Below are positions 48,120-61,287 of a DNA stretch of 64,000 nucleotides, piece by piece; the stretch's first letter is position 1, and every line of letters begins with the position of its first letter. The notes under the pieces are model-generated. The model saw nothing but the letters and a program-made list of their open reading frames with translations, was not told the origin of the DNA and searched no databases. The position numbers and the translations under genes were made by a program. Source of the DNA: Nemertoderma westbladi (lineage: Eukaryota > Animalia > Xenacoelomorpha); NCBI GenBank assembly GCA_032718475.1, contig JAUCBJ010004601.1, positions 1-64,000 of the forward strand. Direction: 5' to 3'.

Positions 48120-50145
48120 CAAGGTGCACTAAATAACAGCTGAAATTAGCGGAGGCCGATCGTTTCCATATTTATGACACCATTTTCATAATATTTTCTT
48201 AGAAACCTCTCTTATGCAACTTTGGTTAGGTGGATATGATGACTAGGATTCATAGCAATGTAATAAAATGTGTTTCTGAAATTTTTATCTTGTAGTTGCC
48301 AAGGTAACTGGGTGCAAAGTTCAAATTTTGAGCGCCTGTAATTCAAGACGTCAAGGGATTCTGTTCTTGAGATTTGGTATATGAGTAAAGGGAATAAAAG
48401 TCTATCAAAATAATTTACATTTAATTTTTTTTCAATTCTGTTTCCATGGTGACGGGAATTAAGATAATTTCCCATTATGACCGCCAGATTGAAATTGGGC
48501 TACTGTTTACTACTTATATAATATTCAACAAACATGCCTGGTGATTGTCCTTTATTTCTAATAATTGCTAACGAAATTTAATATTCTGGAATGTCAAAAT
48601 CATGCTATAACAGGTCTTGCTCTCTGATTGGACAGTTTAGTTTATTGGCAAATGTTGACTTTTAAAAATATGATTCACAATTGACGAATTATAAAATAAA
48701 ATGTTGGTAATTTTAACTTATTATTTAGACTGACAAACCGAATAAAAATGGTTTTTTATAGAATTGGTAGACAATTTCTCAAATTTTCCATTATACTTAG
48801 TTCCATGCAACGGGAATGTAAACAAATTCAAATGTTAAATATTTTGATAGACTTTGATTTCCTTTAATCACCTACCAAATCTCAAGGGAAGAATCCATTG
48901 TCGCCTTGAAATACAGGCGCGCAAAGTTTGAACTTATTAAAATTCATGTTGGGGAATGTGGCGAGTAAATATTAAACGATAAAACAAAGGAAGGACTGTC
49001 AGCCACAGGTATGAAAAAGTGTTTATTCTTTATAAGTGTTTATTCTTTATTATTGTACTGTATATGTGCGTTGTATATGTGTACTGTTTAGTGTTTATTC
49101 TTTATTACTTTAATGTATATGTGCGTTGTAGTTGTTGTGTACTGTTTATATTATACTGTATGTGCGTCGTATACGTATACGTATATGTGTACTGTTTAGT
49201 GTTTATTCTTTATTATTGTACTGTATATGTGCGTTGTATATGTGTACTGTTTAGTGTTTATTCATTATTATTTTACTGTATATGTGCGTTGTAGTTGTTG
49301 TGTTTTGTTTATATTATACTGTATGAGCGTCGTATACGTATATGTCTACTGTTTAGTGTTTATACTTTATTATTTTACTGTATATGTGCGTTGTAGTTGT
49401 TGTGTACTGTTTAGTGTTTATACTTTATTATTTTACTGTATATGTGCGTTGTAGTTGTTGTGTACTGTTTAGTGTTTATACTTTATTATTTTACTGTATA
49501 TGTGCGTTGTAGTTGTTGTGTACTGTTTAGTGTTTATACTTTATTATTTTACTGTATATGTGCGTTGTAGTTGTTGTGTACGGTGTATGCGTTTATATTA
49601 TACTGTATGTGCTTTGTATATGTGTAATGTTTAGTGTTTATACCTTATTATTATACTGTATATATGCGTTGCAGTTGTTTTGTACTGTGTATTCATTTAT
49701 ATTATACTGTATGTGCTTTGTATATGTGTAGGCCTACTGTTTAGGGTTTATACTTTATTATTATTCTGTATATGTGAGTTGTAGTTGTTGTATGTGCGCT
49801 GTACCATACAATAAATTAAGCATTGATAAAGATTGCCATTGGCTTACGAAACGTCTGCTAGGCCTAATTACCTACTATTTTTTCATACCTGTGGCTGACA
49901 GTCCTTCCTTTGTTTTATCGTTTAAAGTTTGAACTTTGCACCCAGTTACCTTGGCTACTACAAGATAAAAATTCCAGAAACACATTTTATTACATTTCTA
50001 TGAATCCTAGTCATCGTATCCACCTAACAAAAGTAGCACATAAGAAGTTTCTAAGGAAATATTAGGAAAATAGTTAGGGAAACGATCAGCCTCCGCTAAT
50101 TTCAGCAATCCTCTCGCTGCATGACCTGTTATTTAGTACACCTTG
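48120..50145. mobile_element. Long-TIR non-autonomous DNA transposon with 8-bp TSD (P-element- or hAT-type)
   Basis: Ends CAAGGTGCACTAAATAACAG / CTGTTATTTAGTACACCTTG, imperfect inverted arms over 300 bp, TSD GTTTTTCA (48112-48119, 50146-50153). Confidence 0.88.
48976..49921. mobile_element. TTAA-flanked MITE carrying a 58-bp minisatellite
   Basis: Perfect ~43-bp TIR ACGATAAAACAAAGGAAGGACTGTCAGCCACAGGTATGAAAAA; TTAA on both sides; internal units at 49405, 49463, 49521. Confidence 0.88.
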
Positions 50146-50522
50146 GTTTTTCACCAATGATAAATATTGGATCTGATCACATGAAAAAAGGAAAGACTGG
50201 GGGCATTTCGTGATTTTTTTTACTCGGCATAGGCAACTGCAGAAATGTTGTAATTTATATGCAATTAGGCACTAGTGTGTGTTTTTAGCAAAACTTTCTA
50301 TTTGTACGACCTAATCGCAAATAATGGCCGGGGTGGGGTGTCAGGCACGGCGATCATATGATGCCATGGAAACTATTTTCGAGATTGTGCTGCGTTGCTA
50401 GACGCTCAGGATAAACAAAACAATCACTTCATCCCATTTTTATAGACAAACGACATTTCGGTACATTTCTAGTTGATATTTTTGCTGTGTTTACTATACT
50501 AGGCCTGCAGTATTTTATCAAC

Positions 50523-51800
50523 ATGGATCAGGAAATCGAAAGTGGTGAAAATATTATAATTTCAATGCTAATTGAGAACATGAAATCACAGCCCAGTCCC
50601 AATTCCAGAATCCCAGTCTGGCAGAGTATAAAATGAAAGGTGTTGTGAAGAGGGTATGGGAAAATGTAGCAGCTAGTTGTCATAAAACAGGTGAGCTGTA
50701 CTGTATGTAAGTTGTCTAGCTGATATTTAAAAAAATCTAATTTTTGAGATAAATTTTTTCTAGTTTTTTTTTTTACTAGCTACTGTAGTATTTTTTGAAA
50801 TTTAAAAATTTGTGAAACCATTTGAAATTTCTAAATTAATTAGGCCTAAACTGAGTGCAGAATATATTTTAATGACGAAAAATATTGAATATTAATTCAT
50901 ATTAAATCAAAATATTAATTATTTTTTACAATATTAATTATTTTTTACAATATTAATTATTTTTTACAATATTAATTATTTTTTACAATATTAATTATTT
51001 TTTACAATATTAATTTTTATCTATTAAAAACTTAAAATTTGTATAAATTAGAACTCAAGTTCCTGGTATATATATTTTTATAGTGGCTTCTACGAAACGC
51101 AAATGGAAAGAACTAAGGGACACCTACAGAAGGTTAAAGGCCATAGTAACAAAATCCATGAAAAGTGGTGCAGGGTCTGATGATATATATAAACCAGTTT
51201 GGTAGTTTTTCCAAGCAATGTCTTTTACAGACAAAATGGATGGATTGAAATCCGTTTCCTCAAGCAACTTACATGACTCTTAATTTGTTTCATTTTAAGA
51301 TGATATCCCGACCGATGGAAGCGAGGTGATTGCATTGTTGGCAAAGGCAGAAAGCGTGCAGGGATATTTCTTGGACTGGGGCGGAACGAAAAACTTAGGA
51401 GTCAATTGAGACAGAAACAGAGGATTGAAGAGCAGGAGAGAGACTATGGCTGACAGAGACTATGGATGACTACTGAAAGAGGCTATGGGAGTGATGCGCG
51501 CATGTAGTCAAACGAAATGTAACCAAGAAAGTGAGGAAACAACAACCAACAAGGCGTATGCAGAGTATGTAACACTCGAGCTGCAAAATATACCAGAACA
51601 ACAACGCAGTCTGGCAAAGTTCCGTATTCAAGAAATTCTCTACTTGGCACAGAGTAACCAACCACCTAGGAATGTCTATCGAAACACAACAACCATGTAA
51701 TATGTTGCCATACTGTCCATCACCTCAGGCATATCAACAACAATATCAACAACAATCAGAATTTACAGTACATATAGTGCATAGACATCGCCAAAGACAT
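50523..51800 (+). pseudogene. Harbinger accessory MADF/Myb-SANT protein with BESS-like C-terminus, one intron
   Basis: KRVWENVA..|intron 50691-51083 GT..AG|..KRKWKELRDTYRR...SGAG...YKPVW*FFQAMSF; C-terminal AYAEYVTLELQNI...AKFRIQEILY. Confidence 0.8.
50911..51015. repeat. 19-bp tandem repeat (about 5 copies) inside the intron
   Basis: AATATTAATTATTTTTTAC units. Confidence 0.9.
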
Positions 51801-52012
51801 ACATGTCCTTATAGTTCTAAGAAATAGTTACATATTGAGTATTGAGAAATTTAGGTGAAATTTATTTGATAACTTTAATGTATGATTATTTAATTAAAAT
51901 GTGTACTTTACTGTATCTTGCCATGAAACTCTACCAGGTCCACTAAAATAGTGTCGAAGTTTGTCTCTGATGTTTTGTGCAGAGTCTGAGTTACGATTTC
52001 CCCCTACACAAA

Positions 52013-53161
52013 CTAAACTTTGTAGTTACTCTCATGCTCTCTGCCTCCTGGTTCTTCGAGGGTATGGCAACTATCCGACTCGATGTTAGAAGGTATGTAC
52101 GCAATAACCTTCTCACGCAGCAAGTTGTGTAATACACACCAACACCATATTATTTTCTGGGCTGCTTTTCTGGGCTGAGGAGTATTTATTTTCCTCTGAA
52201 ATACTTGAAATTGAGCTGCCATTATGCCGAACGCGTTTTCAGATGTTATCCGGGCTCTGCTCAGCCTATAGTTAAATATGCGATGCTCATCAGTTAACGC
52301 TAATCTGTTACTATAGGGCTTCATAATATTTTCTTTCAACGGAAAAGCATTATCTGCAACTATTACGTAAGGTATGGGCATTGCCTCTGGTAGATCATGA
52401 GGTGGAACGGATTCCTTGGGTAAGTTCAATTTTCCATTTTCTAAAGCTTTGGAAATATCGGATTGACTAAATATTCCACCATCATTAATTCTTCCATTGT
52501 AGCCAACATCCAGGTACTTGAACCGGTACTCAGCATCAACTAATGCCAACATGACAACACTGTTGAAATTTTTGTAATTATAATAAAGTGATCCACTATT
52601 TGGAGGAGGTGATATTCGAACATGTTTTCCAACGAGTGCGCCGATGCAATGGGGAAATTCCACAACTGCTCAAATCCCTTGGCGATTTTCAGCCAGTCAG
52701 TTTCCTTTTTTAGAAAGCAAAGGTACAGGTCTTTAAGGGCAAGCACCAATGACTCACACGTTTCTGGAATATTGACTCCAATGGTTGTTCGATTAATACG
52801 GAGATCAGTAAATGTGTCTCCTGTCACAAGATAACGTAAGGTTACCTACCACCAACTTCTCACTTAGAGAGATACTCGTCCTATAGTTTGTATCTTGACG
52901 CTGTATATATGGAACTACAGTGTCAACAAGCTCTTCAAAAGTTTCGTTATCCATTCTCAGGAAATTCCTATATGCTCCTAGATCATATACATGTAGTTCA
53001 GCCATTAAATTATTATAAGCTCCCTGTTGTTTGCGGTTTTGTAACCATTCTTGTTGCCAAATTGCACGGATTTTTCTCCTCTGACGTCTGCGTCTTAACA
53101 GAATACGTATTGATAAAGCACACGCCAAGATTTTGCTTCTATCACCTCTACTACCATCCAT
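52013..53161 (-). pseudogene. Harbinger (HARBI1-like) DDE transposase, frameshifted
   Basis: NFLRMDNETF, FPHCIGAL(V)GKH, YYNYKNFNS, NDGGIF, VADNAFPL, FNYRLSRAR..ENAFG, LHN; first catalytic D reads V. Confidence 0.9.
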
Positions 53162-53653
53162 TTTAAAAGATCTTGTAATTGTTATTTTAATATATTTTAA
53201 TATCTTATTGTGCACTTTTTTGTATAAATAAAATATAAGTTTAAAATATTGGGGCGGATCGGGGTAATGACTCGCGGTATCATAAAAAATCCCACTATAC
53301 CGTAGGGCTATTTCGTGGCATCATGTGTAAAAACACAAACATTCTAGAATAAATAATATAGTCGTCGAAGTACTAAATATTTTGGGGATATGAAATTCAA
53401 TTTGCACTAGTGAGAAGATCTTATAATCAATACTATTTAATTTATCTATATAATTAATTCTAGAATATAAATTGGCACGCTCATTGCGGCTGCTCGCCGC
53501 GGCCGCTCGCTGCTCCTCTGGTGTATCATACCAAAAGTTGCCGCTCACTGCGGCTGCTCGCCGCTCCTGTGGTGTATCATGGCCTTTAGGTAAATAAACA
53601 AAGAACACGAAATAGGCCTACAATTCAGAGTTTCATTTTTGTTGATATATGTA

Positions 53654-55521
53654 CAGGGTGTTCCACAAAATTTGACACGTTTTTGTTTTTTAATAACTTT
53701 GCGCGATCTCAACCTAATTTCCTAGTTTTGGTGGCAATCGGAAGCCGAGATAAAACTTAAGATAATCTTAAACTTTGGTTTGGGTATGGCATGTTTTAGT
53801 TGCTATGGAAACTTAATGTTGCTATATAAAAGAAGAGTTTGATTATCCACTTAATTTTACTATAAATATAAAGGTATAAAACTGCACATATTAGTGAAAT
53901 AATGAAACATATAGGTAGTGGGCTAAAATAGTTTAATATTGGGTAAGTTTACAATGAGTTTACTACTACTTTATACTAATTTAATTTAATTAATTATTAT
54001 AATTTACTACTAATACACTTCAATATGTCCTCCTCCAATATGCTGGACGTGAACCAGTCTTCTGCACATCTCATTGAAGCAATTAGCGAAGTAATCCTGG
54101 AACAATAAAGTAAAGTTGAGGAACCGTCTTCAGTTCCTCAATATTTTGAAGATTCTGGGCGTACACTAGATTCTTCACATGCCCCCATAGACTAAAATCC
54201 GAGGGAGTCATGTCTGGAGATCGTGGCGGCCACTTTACAGGAGCATCTCGACCGATCCATCGTCCCTGAAAATTTTCATTGAGAAACTCTCTTACCAATA
54301 AGCCCCAGTGGGGTGGTGCACCGTCTTGTTGGAAGATTGCCTTGGAGAGATTTGATAACTGGGGAACAAAGTAGTCCTTTAGCAAGTCTAGGTAAGAGAA
54401 CCTGTTTACAGTAGAATGGGGGAAGAAATAGGGGCCAATCAGTTTGGTTTTGGACATCGCAGCCCACACTGTAACCTTTGGGGTATCCCTAAACTTTTCT
54501 ACAATTTTATGAGGATTCTCCTTTCCCCAAATCTTACATCTGTTTACTTGGCCGTTGATATGAAAAGTTGCCTCGTCGCTGAAGAACACGTTACTCAGGT
54601 CCTTATCATGGAGGTACTCTGCTATTTTAGAAGCGGCTTCTACTCGTGTTGAATAATCTGAGGATTGTAGTCCATGAACGACTTGGAGTTTGTAAGCTCT
54701 AAAGTGGAGATTCTTTGCAGTCCTATGCAAACATCCAAGACTAACATTTAGAGCCAATGATGCTCTACGTAATGAGGTTTCTGGTTGTGCGGTTAAATAT
54801 TGGCCAATATTATTAACAACATTTTCACTAAGGGGCAGTCTACTGGAACCTTTCTTACGCAAAAGCGTTTTTTCGTTTCGAAATTTAATGACAATCCTAG
54901 ATATGTCTTTCCTTGTAGGTCGCCTTTCTCCAGGATATTTATGAGAATACTGTAGTGATACAAGTTTTGCAGATTTCAGCTCAAAAAACTTACTTATGAT
55001 GAAAACTTTCTGATCTTCAGAAAACATATTAGTTATTAAATTGACAACTAAATGTAACCAAAAAAGTTTATATGCTGTAATTATGCTGTAACAGTGACTG
55101 TAGGCCTAACCATCAAGACATCAATAACAGTAGACCACCAATATGCAACACATGTACCAATATGTAACAAATGCACAATTAAAACACACTTAAAGCTACA
55201 GATAGTGATGATGTTGTCTAGAATAAATAAATTTAGATTGTTACTATGACTTCACTAATACTTAATTTAGATCAATATTTAAAATTTGTCTTATATTCAA
55301 CATCTCCCTCATAAATTATCTGAGAACATTTCATACTATTTTTCAGAATAAGTGTTAATGTGAATAATGTATGTTACCATAGCAACTAAAATATTCCATA
55401 CCCAAACCAAAGTTTAAGATTATCTTTTCGCTTCAAATTGCCACCAATACTAGGAAATTAGGTTGAGATCGCGTAAAGTTATTAAAAAACACAAAAGTGT
55501 CAAATTTTGTGGAACACCCTG
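53654..55521 (-). mobile_element. Tc1/mariner element of the DD41D (rosa/Visitor) group with long TIRs
   Basis: TA|CAGGGTGTTCCACAAAATTTGACAC...GTGTCAAATTTTGTGGAACACCCTG|TA; imperfect TIRs of ~150-160 bp. Confidence 0.95.
54083..55027 (-). CDS. DD41D transposase, 314 aa, small deletions and altered C-terminus
   Basis: FFSDEATFH, FQQDGAPPH, WPPRSPDMTPSDF; 41 residues counted between the second and third Asp. Confidence 0.9.
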   Translation of the reverse strand: MFSEDQKVFIISKFFELKSAKLVSLQYSHKYPGERRPTRKDISRIVIKFRNEKTLLRKKGSSRLPLSENVVNNIGQYLTAQPETSLRRASLALNVSLGCLHRTAKNLHFRAYKLQVVHGLQSSDYSTRVEAASKIAEYLHDKDLSNVFFSDEATFHINGQVNRCKIWGKENPHKIVEKFRDTPKVTVWAAMSKTKLIGPYFFPHSTVNRFSYLDLLKDYFVPQLSNLSKAIFQQDGAPPHWGLLVREFLNENFQGRWIGRDAPVKWPPRSPDMTPSDFSLWGHVKNLVYAQNLQNIEELKTVPQLYFIVPGLLR

Positions 55522-58500
55522 TATATTACAATATTATTATTAATACTATCATCGTACATTTGACTCGGTGTCACATCAATACTATAGGTTGGTATTAGCA
55601 AAATTATAGTTAAAAAAAATAATATCGTTAGTTATATAGCTAGTATAGCTATTGCTTCTGGTAGTAATAAAAACGTAAAGCTTTTATTTTACAAACTGTT
55701 CGCATACAGATTGTGTAGAGAAAATATGATGAAACAGTACAGTACATGAAATATATAGCGTGGCATGTAGCATGCAGCCACACGGCTCTCTCTGACTTGG
55801 TTGAAGGCTATTTTCCTCGCTCAAATAGCTAGTAGCTTTGCGGCCAGTAGCTATTGGTTTTGTGGCAAGTAGCCACTCTGGCTGCGGTCAGTAGCTAGTG
55901 GCCATGGCCGTGGCTATTAGCTATTGGCGATGAGTTAGTAGAAACTAACTCGAAGCTACTAGCTATATTGCATCATGGAAACTGGGCTTAGCAGCTATAT
56001 GGATTTTACATAGCAACAAGGTAAACTGCACTACTATTCGTTATGAAAATAATTTTTAGTCTACTAACTATCGTTCGACTAAACTATTTATGCACAAATT
56101 TCCAATAGTTTCCGGAGCAACGGAAATTTCATATGCGGAAACATAACTATTGACATCATTGTGTGTAAAGCAGCACTTTGCAGCGTTATGACCCGAGTTT
56201 ATTTATGTACCGAGCGAGCGCAGCGAGGGAGGTTTACATAAATAAACAAGGGTCTTTAACGTCTTTAAAGACATAGCTGCTTAAAAGTTTATAATATATA
56301 ATTATTCGTTAGTTTTTTTGTTGATAATGTTAATCGTGATATTGTGCTCTGGGATATAATATCAATAATTATTACATACTGATAAAATATAGTTTTTATT
56401 ATTACAATAATAGTAGATTCATTATGATAGAATAGCTAAAAAATAAATTAATAATTTACTGCCAATTAAATAAAAAAGTAAATTACACCTAAAGTCAATT
56501 AAGCAATCACAGTTTTTGTGTGAAAAATCTCCGTTACCATTATTAGTGAAAATTATGATTTTTTAATTCAGATACCTTAATATGTGGGCCAATTTTTCAT
56601 ATTTAAGAATATTGTATGCTAATTATAGTTACAGAGATATAGCAATTAATGTGCGACAGGAAGATTTAAATTTTATTCATTTCCCATTGAGTCACATGCT
56701 GTAATCATCACTGTTTCGATCAAATCTTTTTTGTTTGGCTTTTATTGTCATTATTATTATTTTTATGTCAACTTATTCATTAAGCCACTCCACTATTAAT
56801 GTGGGTGGTGTTGGAATGTGGGGAGGTCACCCATCATACTGTACCATGCTGATACAAGCATTGGTTTAGACTCACCAGCAGTGACTCAACTTCAGCTAAA
56901 TACTGAATTTTTTTTACAGTAATTAACAATAGACACACAACAAACAGGCAAAAATATTGTCTCCGGAATATCGTGGCAAATTAGAGATGTGACTATGAAA
57001 GTGACAATGTCTGTGTTACTAGATAATCCAGAGATTGTATTCCACCATTTTTAACAGATAAATTTAAATCGACAAATTATTTTAAAGGTATTATGACAGG
57101 GTAGTAATATCACTGAATGCAGGTCGTAGCAGAGGAGAAAACCGTTTACAATTACTACAATTATTAATTACTACATACAATTGTCAAAGAACCCTTAGAC
57201 GATTCTGTGGCAAGGAGATCTTTCATCTTAAAGAAACTTGCAATATGTATTCTTGGTTATGGTAGTAAGAGCACATCATTTGGAGTTGCGTCAGTCATTG
57301 AAGGGTATAATTGAATCCCCCCCCCCCCCCCCCCACTCTTCATCGATTTCTAGATGGGATAGAGTACAATAATAGGATACTATACTGTACCAGCCATTTA
57401 CTATACTAGGCTATACTAGCATACTATATAGCAGTCTCCAGTCTAGATACTGCCCTTTTGTGACTTAAATTCGAAGCAATAAAATGAAATTTCGCGCCAT
57501 AAACTTTGTACGTTAAATTTCCCGGCCTAATCTTTACAATACTACGGCAGCTTGTTTTCTTTTATTGGTGACCGTCTTGTCGTAAGTTCTCGGAGGTATT
57601 TTGAACATTTCATTTTAAGTTGGAATTTCTATCGCAATTTCGCATAAATTGTTTCGTGATATTTCTTGGCAATTTGAAATCTTGTTGTTTTAAGGAAAAA
57701 TAATGTCGAAAACTCGGGTGATGAAATTTTCTGTCATGTATGAAACTTATATCGGCATAATGCTATATATTAGGTTTACTCGTCGGCCGCAGAATGAGAA
57801 ATTAGACTTCATTAAAAGGAAAATACTAAGATTACATCCTGAGATTGTTGCAAGTCATCAAAGATCATTGTTGCTCTTAATTTCCGTCAAACTATCACCC
57901 ATTTATATAATTAATTATTCGTAGTTTGTTGGTAAAATAGAGTTTCCTTTGTTGTACTTTATCAAAGTAAGTATGGCGTGTTGTCATGTTGACTGACGTG
58001 TTAATTTTTAATATTGACGTGTAAACACAGGATGCTTCAATTATATTATTACCGTTTTAACAGGATGTTCGCAGGCACTTTGGGGAGAAAATGAAAAGGA
58101 AATTGTGGGCTATAATAATTGGACGGCTGTGAACAAACGCCTGTATAGGAAAGGCCATAGAATATCTTGTAATTTGGATGGATATCTCTTTGGCAGTCGG
58201 AAATATCAGATCGTCTTTATAAAAAGTTATTAACCCGATTACTGGGGAAGTCGGGGGTGTTTGACGTTTGTGCAGTTATAGGAAAGTCATTGACTGGCCG
58301 CCACGGCTATTCTCATCAGGAGGTGGTCCCCATAGCACAACGTTATGTAATGGTTGATTCTACCGGCGAAAACAATGCACAGTGCCCAGCAGCCAGCCAG
58401 AGACTGCGGCTGCGCGCGCAGCGTGATGCTGGGTTTGGCAATGGATGTTGGCATTGTTGCTTAACACCTCATTGGTTATGTGTGCGTAATAGGCAATGTT

Positions 58501-58740
58501 GTTTACCGCGGAATGCGTGTTTGAGGGGGGGGGGGGATGTTTTATCCCATTATTAATGATCTCCAGCGTAAAAATGTTCTCTTCATAAAAAGATTAAATG
58601 GAATGAAAGGGAATTTTTAAATTAAATTGAAAATTAAAGTGAATTCAAAATGAAAGTGAAATTGAAACTATATGGAAAAGTGAAAACGAAGGACTTCATT
58701 TTTTTATTGATTTGATTGCAAATTGAATTAGAATGAAAAG

Positions 58741-59090
58741 AAAATCTACAACAACAAAGTAAGTGAAATATTGATAAGAACCACCAGCTGAAATAGCTTG
58801 TCTCCCGGCAACCATAAAATCATAAACAAACATTGTCCAGATACGGCAGCCTAGCGCAGTACCGGTACAGATTACAGCGGTGAGGGCATTCCTGCACCGT
58901 CCTCAAACCCCAGACCGCTTCGCCATTTAGTGCGGGATCCGCGCAAGCAGTGGGTGATCCCGCGGACAAATGCGAACAGCACACTGGATCGAACCCACCT
59001 CATAACGCAGGAGTAAGGCTTCTTGCCCCACGAGTGGTGAAGTCTGTCCGCGATTATCCGCAGGAGTCTGTTAGCCTGCGGGGCAATTTC
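58741..59090 (-). mobile_element. Short 3' end of a second CRE-like family
   Basis: WVRSSVLFAFVRGITHCLRGSRTKWRSGLGFEDGAG; 14-bp TSD ATTAGAATGAAAAG (58727-58740, 59091-59104). Confidence 0.8.
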
Positions 59091-59109
59091 ATTAGAATGA
59101 AAAGTCAAG

Positions 59110-59400
59110 TGAAATATAAATTAATATATAATAAAGTACATTTTACAGTTAAGGAGCACAATGAAAATTTAAGTAATTACGAGTTAGCGCGTCTGTAGCT
59201 GAATCGGAGCTGCTGGAAGTAAAGTTTCAGAGTGGAATTCGCGCATCCCTGCCGTCAGCCGTTAAACATCCTGCAGGTAGGTTCCCCTCAGTCCTGAGCC
59301 GTCCCCGAGTCCGAGTCCAAGTCCACGCGACGAACGCCGTCCACCTCGGAGACAGAGGGAGCTCCATCGCAGCAGGGCAAATTCCAGCCTCCGACGCACT
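59110..59400 (-). mobile_element. Short 3' end of a third CRE-like family
   Basis: Minus strand from ~59399 reads VRRRLEFALLRWSSLCLRGG...LGLGDGSGL*, the same terminal motif; too short for the ORF track; no TSD found. Confidence 0.6.
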
Positions 59401-61084
59401 TAGATTAGATTATATTTATTATTATTATTCTCAACTCCAAAACATTAAATATTTATGGAGGCAGCTCAGACGGGTTGCCCCGGCATAGCTGTTAATTGTG
59501 AGAATAAATGTGGCGATAATTTCACCTACATACCCTACGGTATGTACCTAACTTTCCATACTGTATATGAAATTTTACTTTACATGTAACCTAAATTGGG
59601 ACTTCCCTACTGTCCGACTGTATAATTGAAAACCATGTAATTAATCTGATATTTTCATTTAATTTCCAATTTGAAAATGGAGTTATATTTTAGTGTCGAA
59701 TATTTGGCGATGTTTAATTCCTGTGAGGCTCTTATCGAGATTGTTCCACAGACTAGTTGCATTTATTAATAGACTACGGTACCCAGCATTGTTGTTTGTT
59801 TTAGTGATTTTATTTTGTTAGTTCTTGGGTTGACATGTGTTCCATTGTTTGAAATAAAAGGTAAACTTAGATTTTTAAAAGGTGTGCATTCATTGTAAAT
59901 ATTTGTAAAAAAATTTCCCTGCCTAAAATTCACGTAGTGCTGTTAATGTTGGTTCTTAGACATTTTCCTAAGATCTGTTCTAGTGACTTCGCGAAGGTTT
60001 GGACTATCCGGAGACCGTAATTCTGTATTTTTCCATTGTATATAATTTTTCTTTGAAACCATGAAATTTATGTAAATATATCAATACTTCACAGCAGTAG
60101 ATGTGATATGGTAGATGTGATGTGATAGTACAGTACCCTTATATATATTTAGTTTTGTTTTGGCCGATATTGCATGTGACATTCTATGTGAGATTGTTAT
60201 AATGTGTCCCCCCCCCCCCCCCCCCCCCCATTCTATTCTGTTATCAATGTTTACTCCTTGAATAAATTCATGTTTGGAGTATTACCTCATAATACCTCAA
60301 AAAATCAGGTTTATATGGATATAATTACTGGTTTGTTGCCCTAGCAATGTGTAAACAAAATGCGAGAATTAATGATAAACAATAATATACAATAACTCAA
60401 ATGCGTCACCATATGTGTCTTGCATATTTTCTCCGCAATTTAGCTATATTTGGTATATTATACTGGTAGTAAGTATTGCAGTATATTGTGTGAAATTACC
60501 AAATTACGGAATATTTAAAATAATTCTAACATTCCAAACTAATATAATATAATCTCAATTTATAATATTATTCTTTGTTAAGGTATTATCTATTTTAAGT
60601 CGCCGTCCAATGGTTTTGTAGTTCTTTCTTCATAATTATAATAGGATTATATTAAAATACTGCATTCCATTCGCATTGATAGCTAATCCTGTTAATATAT
60701 TGTAATGTAATGCATTGGGGCTATTATTTTTGCAAATTATGTTAGGTAAGGTGGGTGAAATGATGCAAAATAACACTAAACTGCATCGAGGATTTACATT
60801 ATATAATGAATGCTGAAGATTAAACTACAAGGCACTTGTCTTTGGTCATTATTGGTCTCTAAAGAGTTTCTTAGTCTTTGTGAGTAGAACCCTAGTTTGG
60901 ATAAATTCATCTGCAGCTGGCACAAATATCTCTCTATTCTTTGAAACAATACTATTTATTGCAAAATAATTTTCATCATCACATTACATTGTGTTTTCAT
61001 ATAAACATCTAATTCTATTTAAGTTTAAGCCATGACTGTGTTATGTTTGTTTGTATATGTTTGTATGAATAGGAATTGTGCAAA

Positions 61085-61260
61085 TGTGACACACTGAAGG
61101 ACTCCCCATAAGACTTCACTGGATCTGTGTCACCATTAGCAGTACACACAAATATGGTGGAACCATCGTACAGTGATCTGATAGCTGCAATAATTTCCTC
61201 AGGAATCTCATATGCTGCCAGTATGCTGAACATACGTGGTCGCGAGACTGAGTCGAAAGA
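61085..61260 (-). mobile_element. RTE RT fragment
   Basis: FDSVSRPRMFSILAAYEIPEEIIAAIRSLY. Confidence 0.75.
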
Positions 61261-61287
61261 ACCACCTTATGAAACTTCTTAGCCAGT

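Larger units (their letters stand above)
47761..53585. mobile_element. PIF/Harbinger transposon (two convergent genes), left end rearranged
   Basis: Right terminus GGTGTATCATGGCCT|TTA; matching GATACACCAC and AGCGGCGAGC subterminal motifs at 47800-48110; transposase (-) and MADF-type gene (+). Confidence 0.8.

Noticed and set aside
49019-49454. Hydrophobic Cys/Tyr-rich ORFs
   Set aside because: Translations of the 58-bp minisatellite.
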